Shown here: positions 25,863 through 39,313 of the stretch, piece after piece
Position numbering within the stretch: the first letter of the stretch is position 1
Layout: the number at the start of each line of letters is the position of its first letter
Assembly (NCBI GenBank): GCA_951406725.2
Contig: OX597820.1
Location: 87,916,001 to 87,980,000, forward strand
DNA: 64,000 nt
From: Octopus vulgaris
Lineage: Eukaryota
Reading direction: 5' to 3'
Notes under the pieces: generated by a model
Database searches by the model: none
Seen by the model: only the letters and a program-made list of their open reading frames with translations
Told to the model about the DNA's origin: nothing
Translations under genes and position numbers: made by a program

Positions 25863-25908
25863 GAAGAAGAAGAAGAAGAAGAAGAAGAAGAAGAAGAAGA
25901 AGAAGAAG
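25681..25908. repeat. Compound trinucleotide microsatellite (AAT)n(CAG)n(CAA)n(AAG)n
   Basis: Read directly; starts about 30 nt inside the intron after the PKG donor. Confidence 0.95.
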
Positions 25909-25937
25909 CAAAGCAATGATATTAGGGGAAAACGAAC

Positions 25938-26260
25938 CTTGCTGTTTTTAGAGTTCGTTTCAACTTTATGGTGTGTAAAGATTTAACCATATTCGGTTCC
26001 GCCGAAATAGCCAGTCGTTTCGTACGTCCGGCCAATACCAAATTCTTGTGGGCAGCGACCGGTGGTTTCAACACCGACCGGTATTTATCCAATTCGTTTT
26101 GTAATTTCCGAATGACTTCATCTTTCTCGTCCAGATCTAATTCCAATTCATCGATCAGTACATCTCTTTGTCTCAGCTCTTCGATTTTCTCTCTTAGAGC
26201 CAGCTGTAAATCACGTAATGTCCCCATCGCTTCGATGTCGTAGCTCTCATCCATTAACAT
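25938..26260 (-). CDS. PRKG1: cGMP-dependent protein kinase 1 (PKG I-beta type / foraging), first coding exon: leucine zipper plus autoinhibitory pseudosubstrate
   Basis: Translation [52 protein letters not shown]...[11 protein letters not shown] closely matches the vertebrate PKG I-beta N-terminus as I recall it ([52 protein letters not shown]...RTKRQAISAEP). Candidate donor AAG|GTTCGT at 25938/25937 (phase 2). In-frame ATGs at 26260, 26254 and 26227 (the conserved MGTL start); in-frame stop upstream at 26281-26279. No other exons of the gene recognised in the window. Confidence 0.93.
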
Positions 26261-26270
26261 TTTTTCCCAT
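26247..26270 (-). promoter_or_regulatory. Candidate out-of-frame uORF (MGKNVNG*) overlapping the two upstream in-frame ATGs of the PKG exon
   Basis: Minus strand reads ATG GGA AAA AAT GTT AAT GGA TGA; it ends about 20 nt before the conserved ATG at 26227. Relevant only if this stretch is in the mature mRNA. Confidence 0.35.
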
Positions 26271-27583
26271 GCTGATGATTATAATAGGGGTGGCAATGGT
26301 GATGATGGAGGTGATGCGAATGTTTGACAAAACGTTTGATATTATTCCTTCGGTTGTTGCTTTTTAATGAGGGAATAATTAAGTTATGCCTTAACTTTCG
26401 TTGTCGCTATTATTGTTGTAATACGTTGATATAAGTAATATAGTTTCGGCAATAATGGTTAATAATAATAATAATAATAATACTGATAAGAAAAAAAAAT
26501 AGATGATAACCGATTAGGATAATACTGATGATGATGATGATGATGTTGACGATAACAATGATAATGATGATGATGGTGATGATGATGATGATTATGATGG
26601 TGATAATGATGGTGGTGCTGGTGTTGGTGCTGGTGAGGATGATGATGATGATGATGATGATGATAGCGATGGTGCAAATTTCATTTTCGCGAACAGTTAA
26701 ATTATAAATTAATTCACAATAAAATTCAACTTAAATTCCAAAGGAAAGAATACATTCTAAAAAAAAAAACCCAAAACAAACACGAAACAAATAAAAGTTC
26801 TGGCGTTTGTTGCTACTTTGGTTGTGGTGGTGGTGGTGGTAGTAGTAGCAGCAGCAGCAACAGCAACAACAACAGTAGCAGCAGCAGCAGCAGTAGCAGT
26901 AGTAGTAGCAGTAGTAGTAGTAGTAGTAGTAGCAGTAGTAGTAGTAGTAGCAGCAGTAGTAGTAGTAGTAGCGACGTTGCTGTAATTAACTTGAGTGTGG
27001 GTAACTTCTCTTCCTTGCTTCCACCCTCACTAATCAGGGTAATGAGGGGATCATAAGACCCTGCTTAACTATGGATCGGGTAGCTCCTCTACCTTCATAT
27101 ACACATCAGAATATTTTTGTTATCCAAGGGAGATGTAGCTATCACTTCTAGCGATTTCTTTAACTCGTTAAAAGTTACCATTCTTTCTTGAATCCATTCT
27201 TTCTTGAATTTTTAATAAGAAAAAATTATTCCCGAATAGCAGCAACACGAAGAATCTATTTCGTCTTTTGGTTAGGAAACACAAGAATTATGATTTGGGT
27301 TTTTTTTTTTTTCCGTTTTTTTGTTTTTGTTTGGCATTTTTTTAACGTTCTTTACCCACTCCCCTCTTTTTTTTCTCGCAGTATTTTGATATCCAAGATA
27401 ACACCAACTTCATTTAGGTTTTAGGATACATTCCTAAATAATCTTTCTTGGATATAATCAATTAGTTAATTGGCTAATTATTTTCCCGTCGGCTGTTAAT
27501 ACATAAGAACATACACACACACACAAACAAATATATATGCGTGTGTGTGTGAGTGCGCGCGCGATTTATGTGTGTAAGTGTGA

Positions 27584-27664
<81 letters not shown>

Positions 27665-28257
27665 TGTATGTATATATATGAAATAGTTTCAAAAGTTTTA
27701 TATTGTTATTTTTTAAGTTACGTAATTGCACTAATAAACCTTGTTGAAATAATAAATACAAATGGTAAGATGGTAAGCTGAAAGTTATAACTGCTTAACG
27801 GAGGGGTGGAAGCAAAGAAAATTGCCTACTTTAGCGATGGTAGCAGCGGTGCTAAGTACTACTGCCCAATGGCGTGAACGCAATAGTATAGTAGTAACTT
27901 TTGTATTAGTAACGGTGGAACTAGTGGCAGTAACAGGAACATATGCCATTCAAGAGAAAGAGAACGCGTGTTTTAAAAGTTTGGTCAAACAAGGAAGTAA
28001 TATTTTCTTGAACAGTTTCTGAAACTATTGAAATTGAATTCCTCTGAGAAGCTTCCTTATCTTCCAAAAGAGCTTTGTAATGTCTGCTTGGAAGACTTGG
28101 AAAGTTCCCCCCTCCCATAATCATAATCACAACACCGTTATTCCATAAATAAGTAGAAGTTAAGAATTAGTGCTGTATGTGTGTGTGTGTGCGTGTATAT
28201 AAGTATGTGTGTGCAATATCTGTGTGTTTGTGTATGTACTGTGTATGTGAAACAGAA

Positions 28258-28318
<61 letters not shown>

Positions 28319-28685
28319 TAGCGAGAAAGAGTGACAGAGAAAGACAAGCAGAAAGATAACGCCCTAAATACACATAACACACACACCAACGTGCACACAT
28401 ACACACATACATGTATGTGTGTGTGTCAGTATGTATCTATGTATGTACGTATGTATATTTGTGTGTATGCATGTATTCATGTACGTATGTACATACTATA
28501 TACGTACGTACGTACGGTACATACTATATACGTACGTACGGTACATACTATATACGTACGTGCGTGCGTACGTACGTGCGTGCGTGCGTGCGTGCGTGCG
28601 TACGTACGTATGTACGGTAGTATGTATGTATGTATGTATGTATGTATGTATGTATGTATGTATGTATGTATCAGTGGACTGGAGT

Positions 28686-28988
28686 TTGTTTGTTCCTTCT
28701 CGAGCCATGCCTGGCTCATAAGGGCCGGTCTCCCGGTTTCCTTGGCGTATAGGTTCCCCACCTGGACGGGACGCCGGTCCGTCGCAGGTGAGCTACAAGA
28801 TGCAGGAGGAAAGAGTGAGAGAAAGTTGTGGCGAAAGAGTCAGCAGAAGTTCGCCAGTACCTTCTGCTGGAGCCCCGTGGAGCTTAGGTGTTTCGCTCAT
28901 AAACACAAGCATCACCCGGTCTGAGATTCGAACTCGCGATCCCTCGACCGCGAGTCCGCTGCTCTAACCACTAGGCCATGTGCCTCCA
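28686..28988 (-). mobile_element. SINE family C, alternative-tail variant
   Basis: Same head, tail ...GCTCGAGAAGGAACAAACAA; TSD GTGGACTGGAGT / GTGGAATGGAGT. Confidence 0.8.
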
Positions 28989-29454
28989 GTGGAATGGAGT
29001 AAGTGTCGGTATATTTTTACCGACTCTGACTAAATCTGTAAAATTTCTTATTTCACAGATACCGATTTGACTATCTTCTGCGCGGAAAATAAATCAGATT
29101 TAATGTTTTCTATGAAGGAGGGTCAGTTAGAAGTATTACTTTTTCTAATAAGAAGTCTCTGAATTTGGCCTGGGGACCTATGATTTAACCCTTAATCCAT
29201 AGACACATTTGTTTCCTTAATCAATTTTGTCAGTATTTTACAATATTACCCCTTACCCCAGGAAGTTCAGGGTACAGGGTAATTCGATCATATCAACCAC
29301 AGTGTTCAACTGGTACTTATTTTATTGATTCCGAAACGATGAAAGGCAAAGTCGACCTCGGGCGAAATTTGAACTCAGAACGTAAAGACAGATGCAATGC
29401 AGCTGAGCATTTTGTCCAGCGTGCAAACGATTCTGCCAGCTTAGTATTTTACAA

Positions 29455-29865
29455 TGCTGGCATAGCTGTGTGGTTAAGAAGCTCGCTCTGCGAACACGTG
29501 GTTTGAGGTTCAGTCATATTCCGCGGCATTTTAGGCAAGTGTCTCTACTATAGCTCCGGGCCAACCACTGGCTTGTGAGAGAATTTGGTAGACGGAAGCT
29601 GTGCGACAGGTAGTCGTGTGCGTACGTGTGTGTGTGTGTGTGTGTGTGTGTGATTCTGTGTGTGTGTGTGTGTTCGCACGCTTGACCACCGTGTTTGGTT
29701 CTCTTACGGCCCCATAACCTAGCGGCTCGACAAAAGATTCCGATAAAATACGTTTCAGACCTAAAAATAATTACTGGGGTCAATTTGTTCGACTAAACAC
29801 TTCAAAGCTGTGCTCCAGCATGGCTGCAGTCCAATGACCGAAACAAGTAAAGAACAGTAAGAAAA
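29455..29865 (+). mobile_element. SINE family B, diverged copy
   Basis: Head, CORE-like block, (TG)n and tail in the same order. Confidence 0.7.
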
Positions 29866-30536
29866 GATAGTATAATTTTCATACCATTTAAAAATTGCTT
29901 TTACATTATCTTCACTAATACAAACAATCCGTCAATCTCTAAAAAAACACGGGGTTTGTATCTGAGTTTATTTCTTTTAAAACGGCCGTTATTTTTAAAG
30001 TTGCTTTAAGTGTTAAGTCTTTCAGTTTTAACGCTGGTACACAAAGATGTTCTTGATTTTCTTTTATAATATAATACTTTATTTTATCTATATCCTGTTG
30101 CTCCATAGCTTTTAATAAAATAAGCTTTTCTTTTAAGTATTGTTAATTTTGTTATGCGCTAAATTGTTCGTAACTTCTTTAATAAATAATATAGCTATAG
30201 CCTTCAAATCTAAACATTAATAGATTAAAGTGCTATTACAATGAGACTCTAATAGCAAGCGGGTTTAAAGACCATAATACCTATATGCCTAGCCTTAACA
30301 CTCACAAGAGAAAGCGCTGGCGTGCATTCTTCTTTGCCCGCCTTTTCACTCAACGTGGAAACCTACATAAGAAGGGCCTTACATTAATTAGTGGATAAGC
30401 AGCCTCATAAGTATAGGGGGTTATTCACAGACATAATTAAAGGGTCCCGTTTAGCACCTAGTATAAAGAAAATAAAAGCGAACGCCACAAAGCAATGTGA
30501 AGAGCCAGGGTGCTCGTGTAGGGTTAACAGTGAGTG

Positions 30537-31207
30537 TACTTTACTTGTACTTGTGACGGTGTTCACCCAGGGCGAGTTGAGCCGGCTTCTTCTCTGGTCC
30601 TGGCGGCATCACGAACCATGGCGGTCCACGCTCGACGGTACTGTGCGAGGTCACAGGAGAAAGCGAGCCATTCGCGGTTTCATCTGCGCAGACCGACCAC
30701 CTGCGGACCTGAGAGTTCGGTGAGGTCCTCCTTTATCGTCGTTGCCCAGGTCTTCAGCTGCCCGCCCGTGCATTTGCACCAGTTGGGAAGTGGAAGTGGG
30801 AGGAGGACATCGCGAATCAGCTCACCCTCTGGACACCGGGCCGCATGACCGAACCACCTTAAGCGCCGTTGTAGAAGCACCGAAGGGAGGGGCCGGAGAT
30901 TCAGGCGATCATGAAGACCGGCTGTAGGAACCCGATCAATGCGTCGGCAGCGAAGAATGCGGCGGAGACAGTCATTGTCGAACACTACCAGTTTTCGCCG
31001 TTCGACTACCCTCATAGGCCATGTTTCGCAACCATAAAGGAGGATAGTACGAACGACGGCTTGGTAGATTCGCCCTTTGGTCACCGAGGATATCTCTCTT
31101 CTGTCCCACAGGTACCGCTGGAGGCGCGCGAATGCGGATCTGGCAGCACCTATGCGACGCTCGACCTCGGCTGGAACCACCGTTGAACCCAGGTAGACGA
31201 ACCCAGG
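30537..31207 (-). mobile_element. 5'-truncated RTE-clade LINE (RT C-terminal half) with TSD
   Basis: FVYLGS...EVERRIGAARSAF...TKGRIYQAVVRTILLYGCETW...RRLRWFGHAAR; short tandem 3' tail (ACAAGT repeats); 12-bp TSD TAACAGTGAGTG at 30525-30536 and 31208-31219; in-frame stop at 30680-30682, probably premature. Confidence 0.92.
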
Positions 31208-32968
31208 TAACAGTGAGTGCCCAGTGAATGATCGATATAATACTGAGGCTGTGGCCCATGAAGCTAAGATGGTGTTGTTGAACAACAGCAACAACAACGG
31301 AGGAACACAGAGACAAATATTGAGTAACGGAGGGCTTCTTGCAGTCCTCTTTTTGAATTCAAGAGAAGCGCAACGTTAAAACATGAGCTAGCTATATAAG
31401 GCTATAAAAGGAAAGAAATCCGTAGAAAAACAACTGGAAACTGCTGGAACAACCTCGGTCATAGCTGAATAGAAGTAGACGTTGCAAATTTACTTGCCTA
31501 AAGGAGAATAAGTCTAAAGAATTCACATGACCCGGTAGCCTTCCAGAACACAAAAGGCGAAACATTTAGTCGTTGTCCTCATGATGAGAAATTTATTTTG
31601 GCAACGTCATCGTCTCCATTTTCGCACTAGAAAACGGAAAATATGTACGCAGGCAAAACACCCACTCCCTTACTTTCCGGCCAAAGCTGACATTGTACCA
31701 TGGGAGAAAACTCTTCTTTCTCTTATAGGAAATGCTAACTTTTCATTATCTTTTTCATTCAGCTTTTCATCACCACCGAGTGAACCAGGACTGTGCATTC
31801 CAGTATGTGTGCGTACGCGCGTGTATGTGTGTATTTGTGTGTTTCAGTATGTCTGTACACACACATGCACACATCAGCCGCTGGCTGAGACTGTTGATAT
31901 CTCACTGGCAACGTGTTTGTTTTTTTCCATATTCCTTAGGATCACCTATCTTCAGACATATGACAGTACTTTATTTATATATTGTCACCAATAGAACCAG
32001 TTGATTGGTTATACGAATCAACTAGGTTATTTGGAATTACATACATACTGCAAGCAGTCGGCGATTAGACATTCACTGTTTCATATAGTAATTAATAATG
32101 TAGGGACACTACGGGAGACACTTCTGAGTGAAGCAGTTAAACACAAGTGGTTGAATGTCTTGCCACACATGATCTTATGATATTAGTTTCAAATTTTGGC
32201 ACAAAGCTAGCAATTTCGGGCCAGAGGGCAAGTCGTTTACATCGACGCCAGTACTCAACTGGTAGTTATTTTATCGACTCCGAAACACTGAAAGGCAAAG
32301 TCGGCCTTGGCGGAGTTTGAACTCAAAACGTAAAGACGGACGAACTGTCGCTAAGAATTTTGCCCGGCGTGCTAACGATTCTGCCAGCTCACCGCCTTAC
32401 ATGATCTCATAATATTGCTGCGGTTACCATATAACTAAAAGCTCAATTGGAATCCGCAAGATGTAGTTTTGAAGTCTTAAACTGGGGTTTGAAAATATGT
32501 GTGTATGTATGTATGTATGTATGTATGTATGTATGTATGTATGTATGTATGTATGTATGTATGTATATATGTACGTACGTTCGTACGTATCTATTCAGTT
32601 TATTTCAAGATTTTTTGCCAATAGAGAAAGAACCGGTTTCTAACCTAGATCCAAGGCTCCTTCATTGGAATTTAAACATAACAGGGTATTTTTGTATGTA
32701 CGTACGTACGTATGTATGTATGTATGTATGTATGTATGTATGTATGTATGTATGTATGTATGTATGTATGTATGTATGTATGTACGTGCGTACGTACGTA
32801 CGTTCGTACGTATGTACGTATGTATGTATGTATGTATGTATGTATGTATGTATGTGTATGTATGTATAAATGTATGTATGTATGTATGTATGTATATATG
32901 TGTATGTATGTATGTATGTATGTATGTATGTATGTATCTATCTATCTGTCTGTCTGTCTGTCTGTTTG

Positions 32969-33020
<52 letters not shown>

Positions 33021-33486
33021 AATGTCAGTGTCCGACTTCGCGATTTACTAAGTTATCAATGAAAAAAGCAAACAAACAAACAGCACTCCCGGTAATGGAT
33101 TACCTCATCAGGCGTACTTTTGATACTGACTGAGCATAAATAAGTTATCCAAGCAACAAGTGTCAAAGTCTGTAGCTATTTCCGAATTAGTTTAGATTAA
33201 TTAATGGTAACATGCTATTTAATGTATTTATCTATACATACATTACATACTATACTATATATATAATGTACATACGTGTGTATGTGTGTATGTTTGTGTG
33301 CGTGTGTGGGGGTTGTTTAACGCATACAAATTTAGAAAGCTCGAGAGAACGTAAAATAATTTCAAAAGTGAATTCGAAATAGATAAAGGTGTAAATAATA
33401 TCGTGTAAATATTGGTTTAAAAATCCCTTTGGATAGGAAAGGTCGAAGGCTACTTGGAGGGACACGAATCCATGTCTTCTGCAAAC

Positions 33487-33517
<31 letters not shown>

Positions 33518-33612
33518 TGTATGTATGTATGTATGTATGTATGTATGTATGTGGATTGTTGTCAATTTTTTTCCTTCATCTTCTTTTACTAATGGATTTT
33601 CTTCTCTCTCCT

Positions 33613-33646
33613 CTTTCTGAAGAAAAGCTTTGTTCGAAACGTAAAG
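33613..33646 (+). ncRNA. Degenerate minimal hammerhead-like motif
   Basis: CUUU CUGAAGA A AAGC-uuu-GUUC GAAA CGU AAAG; stem II decayed. Confidence 0.45.
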
Positions 33647-33763
33647 CACCCTTTCTTTCCTTCCCTCAGCGTCTTATTAATACTTTGCATCTACCACGTC
33701 TTCGCGTTGTTTTTTCTCCTGTTTTTGCTTCGGTTATAATTTTTGGGGAGGGTGGGGATTAAC

Positions 33764-33853
<90 letters not shown>

Positions 33854-34001
33854 TATAAGTAGTTGAATGAATTATCTTAGTATGGATAATTCGGTTAACC
33901 GATACCTGGGTAGCAAATTCACGTCAGAAAAACACGGTTGAAGCTACATGCCAAGGGCAGAGATCACGTGATTTCGTGTGGAAATTTGTGTGTTTTCTTT
34001 C

Positions 34002-34069
<68 letters not shown>

Positions 34070-34212
34070 GATACACTGTTATCAATAGGTTTAGCCCAGA
34101 GACAAGTAAATACGGCCTAGCCTAGCCTTGAGACAAATTAATTCGACTTCAATCGTTTTCCGATTTAATTCGTGTCTCCTGGAACCAATTTATGATGTAG
34201 AGTGAGGTATGC

Positions 34213-35199
<987 letters not shown>

Positions 35200-35209
<10 letters not shown>

Positions 35210-35969
35210 AATGAATGGTTTTATATATAATGAACGAGAAATACAGGAAGGACGAACACGGAACACAGACAAATCATTCGAAGCCTTCAATCTTCAGTCA
35301 GACACCGAATCATCATAGCAAATTTCGGCTGTTCAATTCTGATATTTGCTATCGCCAGCCCCAAGAAAAAAACTAAGCTGTAAGCATTAGATTTCTTGGT
35401 AGAAGACGGAATGTGAACGCACAAGACGGATGTGAATACAAGAGACGAAAACGAAATTGAAAACAGTAATGAAAAAACAAAACATATATAACGGTGGTTG
35501 TCATACGATAGACCAAATGAGACAAACAACAACAACATAGCAGCTGGCGTAGAAATAATTACCGTTTCGGTAGCGGGGACACATGTTGGTCGAGATACGA
35601 AGGCCAACAGAATGGTTGAAGAAGCAGCAGGTCGCAGGAGAGAGAGAAAGAGAGACAGAGAGAGAGGGAATCAAAGAGGGTGGAAGGCAGGGGACAGAAT
35701 CAGTGACCAAGAGAGGAGAAAGAAGGGATTAAGGAGGATGGGAGGAAGAGAGGGGAAGAATCGGAGGGCGCCAAAAAGTTTGGTGAAGAAGCAATGGCGG
35801 GTAGTAAAAGACAGTGTGTATAGAAGTCGTGCAGGGTTTAAAATTGGACAAACAAACGGGGGGGGGTGCACGTAACGCCGCAATAATATAAGAATGAATG
35901 TTTTTATGTAAGCATTAGATTTCTTGGTAGAAGACAGGAATGTGAACGCACAAGACGGATGTGAATACA

Positions 35970-35972
<3 letters not shown>
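35200..35972. mobile_element. (TA)n-embedded element with partial direct terminal repeats (probable PLE derivative)
   Basis: TATAAGAATGAATG at about 35204 and 35887; TGTAAGCATTAGATTTCTTGGTAGAAGAC...GTGAATACAAGA at about 35379-35443 and 35906-35972; (TA)n on both sides. Confidence 0.55.
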
Positions 35973-36018
<46 letters not shown>

Positions 36019-36307
36019 ACAATAATAATCCTTGGATGGAATTTATAATTTATTGTTATTACCATAGTTATACTACATTATATCGGAACCGCTCAGTGCA
36101 ACTCCAAAAAACTGGTGTCGCTCTACTAGGCTGTAGCCAGCATAATAGAATTCGACCTTTTTTTTATGCATATTCAAAATGTTTCCCATAAACGAACATA
36201 AAGGATATATATAGTAAATTCAAAAAAGAACAAACACAAAAAACAACAACGTGAGGACGTGGTACATGTAATGGATTAGCAGACGCTCAGGGAAGGAAAG
36301 AAAGATG

Positions 36308-36343
36308 GTTTAACGTTTCGAGCAGACGCTCTTCTTCGGAAAC
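36308..36343 (-). ncRNA. Minimal hammerhead-like motif, variant core (CCGAAGA)
   Basis: GUUU CCGAAGA A GAGC-gucu-GCUC GAAA CGUU AAAC; host element about 36205-36410 resembles about 33590-33735 in opposite orientation. Confidence 0.55.
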
Positions 36344-37150
36344 AGAGGAAAGTCCAGTAGAAGACAGAGGCAGAAAACGCCAACGATTCACATATGGTTA
36401 CATATTGAAATCACACACACACACACACACACACACGCACATATATACATGAGTAAGACCCATTAGCTGTTCTAAAAGTACATATTTGATGATAATCCAT
36501 GGCAAAAGATAGTAGAAGTTACCAGTTCTATATTTCATGGAACTGCTTACATCCATTATCCTTTACCTATAACATTATTATTTATTCGAGCATGTAACTA
36601 CCTAACATATACTTCCTGATACTTCCTTTCATTTTTCAACAAACTTGAAAATATTAATATCCACCATTGGGTATATTCTTCACTTTCATATTTTCTTCTC
36701 TCTCCGATAGCGGCTTATTTAGCTTACGGAATCATTACTCAATATCATGATCTGTATGCTTAGCTATTCCAGCCGTATGAAACTCTATCTGTTTATATTC
36801 TCTGTCTTAATTAAATGTATTTTTGAGTGATGCCAAATGTTTTGCCTTTTGATTTTCTATTCTAACACACACACATACACACACGCGCGTGTGTGTGCGT
36901 ATGTATGTATGTATGTATGTATGTATGTATGTATGTATGTATGTATGTATGTATGCATCTTTGTTTAACATAAGCTTCATAAGTAACTCGAAAGCTTACA
37001 GTTTCTCACAAGACAGCAAGTGACATGTAAGTATTATGTATAATTCAATGCAAACGCCTTGAAGCACTAATCTAGGGCACACGAAAAAGACTAGCTATCT
37101 GTGTGTGAATGTAATGCAAATATATATTAGAATGGTTATTAAACAAACCA

Positions 37151-37190
<40 letters not shown>

Positions 37191-37491
37191 CATGTTAAAT
37201 AGGAATTCAACTCTACCCTTACTAACAAACAACAATACGCAAACTTTGTGGCTATCTTGTAATCAATTAGCCATACAACCAAAGACTGCTTACAAAAGCC
37301 ACATTGTATCCATTGAAAAAAAGAAATCCTATACAACTAATTATATACATCTACTTACCCTGCTCTAATTAGAGTTATATATAAATAAATATATATATAT
37401 ATATGTACGTATGTATGTATACGTTCGTATATGTAAGTATTTGTATGTTATATGTATATATATGTGTGTATTTATGTTACTTCCAGCATAT

Positions 37492-37550
37492 ATTCCACTG
37501 ATGAGGCAAAGCATTTCTTACTGCAAAGTCAGAAATCCGGGATCTGGAAT
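37492..37550 (+). ncRNA. Type I hammerhead ribozyme motif
   Basis: AUUCCA CUGAUGA GGC...GUC A GAAA UCCGGGA UC UGGAAU: 6-bp stem I, full core, AUC cleavage triplet (after 37544), one extra A before GAAA. Confidence 0.65.
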
Positions 37551-37698
37551 TATCCAGTAATATTTTGCTAGTTTTATTTTGTTTTGTTTTTTTGGTCTTC
37601 TCTTCTTGTGCTGTATGAACACTTAATCTGGTTTTAGAGTCAGATTTTGGCTGTTATTTTCAGCATGGAGGTATCTCGTAGATACCCTAAATTATAAT

Positions 37699-37780
<82 letters not shown>

Positions 37781-38727
37781 AACAGCTATACACATCGACT
37801 CTCTACAAAAAAGGATTGAATGCTTATTTTCATTTAGTTTTATATCGTAATTGGTTAACAATATCACTGTTGGTTTCGTTAGTCACAAGTTTGCGACAGG
37901 CAAAACCACTGCTTCACTGCATTTTACGGAGAGTGTGAAGGTAAGAGAATGTCTGTTCCGCCGTGTAGAACTGTTATCTAAGGGGACTTCATAAAAAATA
38001 CCGTTTTTTTAAAAATTATGCCGTTTTCTTGTCGACGTGTATTTGTGTTGGTGAAAAACAATATATGCATATAGATATATATAGACGGCGCTCTCTTGCA
38101 CATTTTCTGTTCAAGATTGAAAGGAAAATTACGTGGTTCTTCAACACGCGCGCACGCGTGTATACACACACTTGCATACACATATAACTCATACATATCA
38201 GTGTATGTATGTATGTATGTATGTATGTATGTATGTATGTATGTATGTATGTATGTATGTATGTATGTATGCATAATGTACCCAAAATATCTTACAATCT
38301 CAATCTTGATATCAAAATTCGGGTAGGAGGGATTAAGTTGACCACATCGACGCCGGTTTTGAACTGGTACTTATTGCATCGACCCGGAAACGATGAAAGG
38401 CCAAAGTCGACTTCGGTGGAATTTGAACTAAGATGGACAAAATACCGCTAAGCATTTTGCCCGGCGTGCAAACGATTCTGCCAGCTCACCGTCGTAGACA
38501 TAGGTATGATAATGATTTCTAATTTTAGCACAAAGCCAGCAAGTTCGAGAGGGTGTGTGAGCTGAGTAAGTCGATTACATCGACACCAGTGCTTAACTGA
38601 TACTTATTTTATCGACCCCGAAAATATGAAAGGCAAAGTTGACCTCGGCGGAATTTGAATTCACAACGTAAAGACGGACGAAATGCCACTGAGTATTTCG
38701 CCCGGGGGATAACGATTTAGACGCAAG

Positions 38728-38782
<55 letters not shown>

Positions 38783-39313
38783 TGCCCTGATGCAGTACCA
38801 GGCAGTGGCTCTCATGGCTTCTGATCTTAACTGATTGGAAGTGTTATCATGTACATTGTTTTGTCTTGGTATAAAAGATGGGCTACAGCAAATATTCTGC
38901 TCAATACCACAGATTTGCTTGTCAGTTGTTTGACCTTAACCAGTTGAGCATGTCCCTTAGTGGCTCACAATACGTGCATCTCTGATCACGAGCAGAAGTA
39001 GTGGGGCAGCATCATGGCCATGTGTTGAGAGGGATTCTTTGGAGTTTGAATGGTTCATCTCTGGAAACATAGGTGTTTCGTTCAACATCCTTTTGAGCAG
39101 GATGGGCTACTCAACCTGAAGAAAATTCTAACTGGGCCCCACCTGCAAGGTCATGTGCTGTTTATCTTGATATGAGATCACCATGTCGCGCACATATGGT
39201 TGTGATGCATGTGCCTGGTGTACCTTTATCAGACGGGTAGTCATGATGGGTATATTGGGCTTCGTATATTTTACCCCAGTGTCACTTTGATGGCATGAAC
39301 TGCTCTCTCACTC
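38783..39313 (+). mobile_element. About 530-bp non-coding retroposon embedded in (AAT)n (longest copy)
   Basis: Starts TGCCCTGATGCAGTACC, ends CTCTCACTC(AAT)n; shorter copies at 23846-24158, 25568-25680, 46800-47176 (-) and about 51655-51830. Confidence 0.75.

Noticed and set aside
1-25900. Downstream PKG exons (cGMP-binding domain)
   Set aside because: None recognised by eye. Exons shorter than the 60-aa ORF cutoff could have been missed; spliced alignment is needed.
25922-25937. ORF tail FVFP* suggesting a stand-alone 112-aa protein
   Set aside because: Similarity to PKG is expected to continue in the next exon and a GT donor sits at 25937, so the tail is most likely intron read-through.
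30240-31700. Possible solo LTR hosting the RTE insertion
   Set aside because: TATA-like motifs are present but I could not establish TG...CA ends or a TSD.
35265-35345. CUGAAGA and GAAA boxes on the minus strand (similar motif at about 16160-16190)
   Set aside because: I could not build consistent hammerhead stems I-III in any topology.
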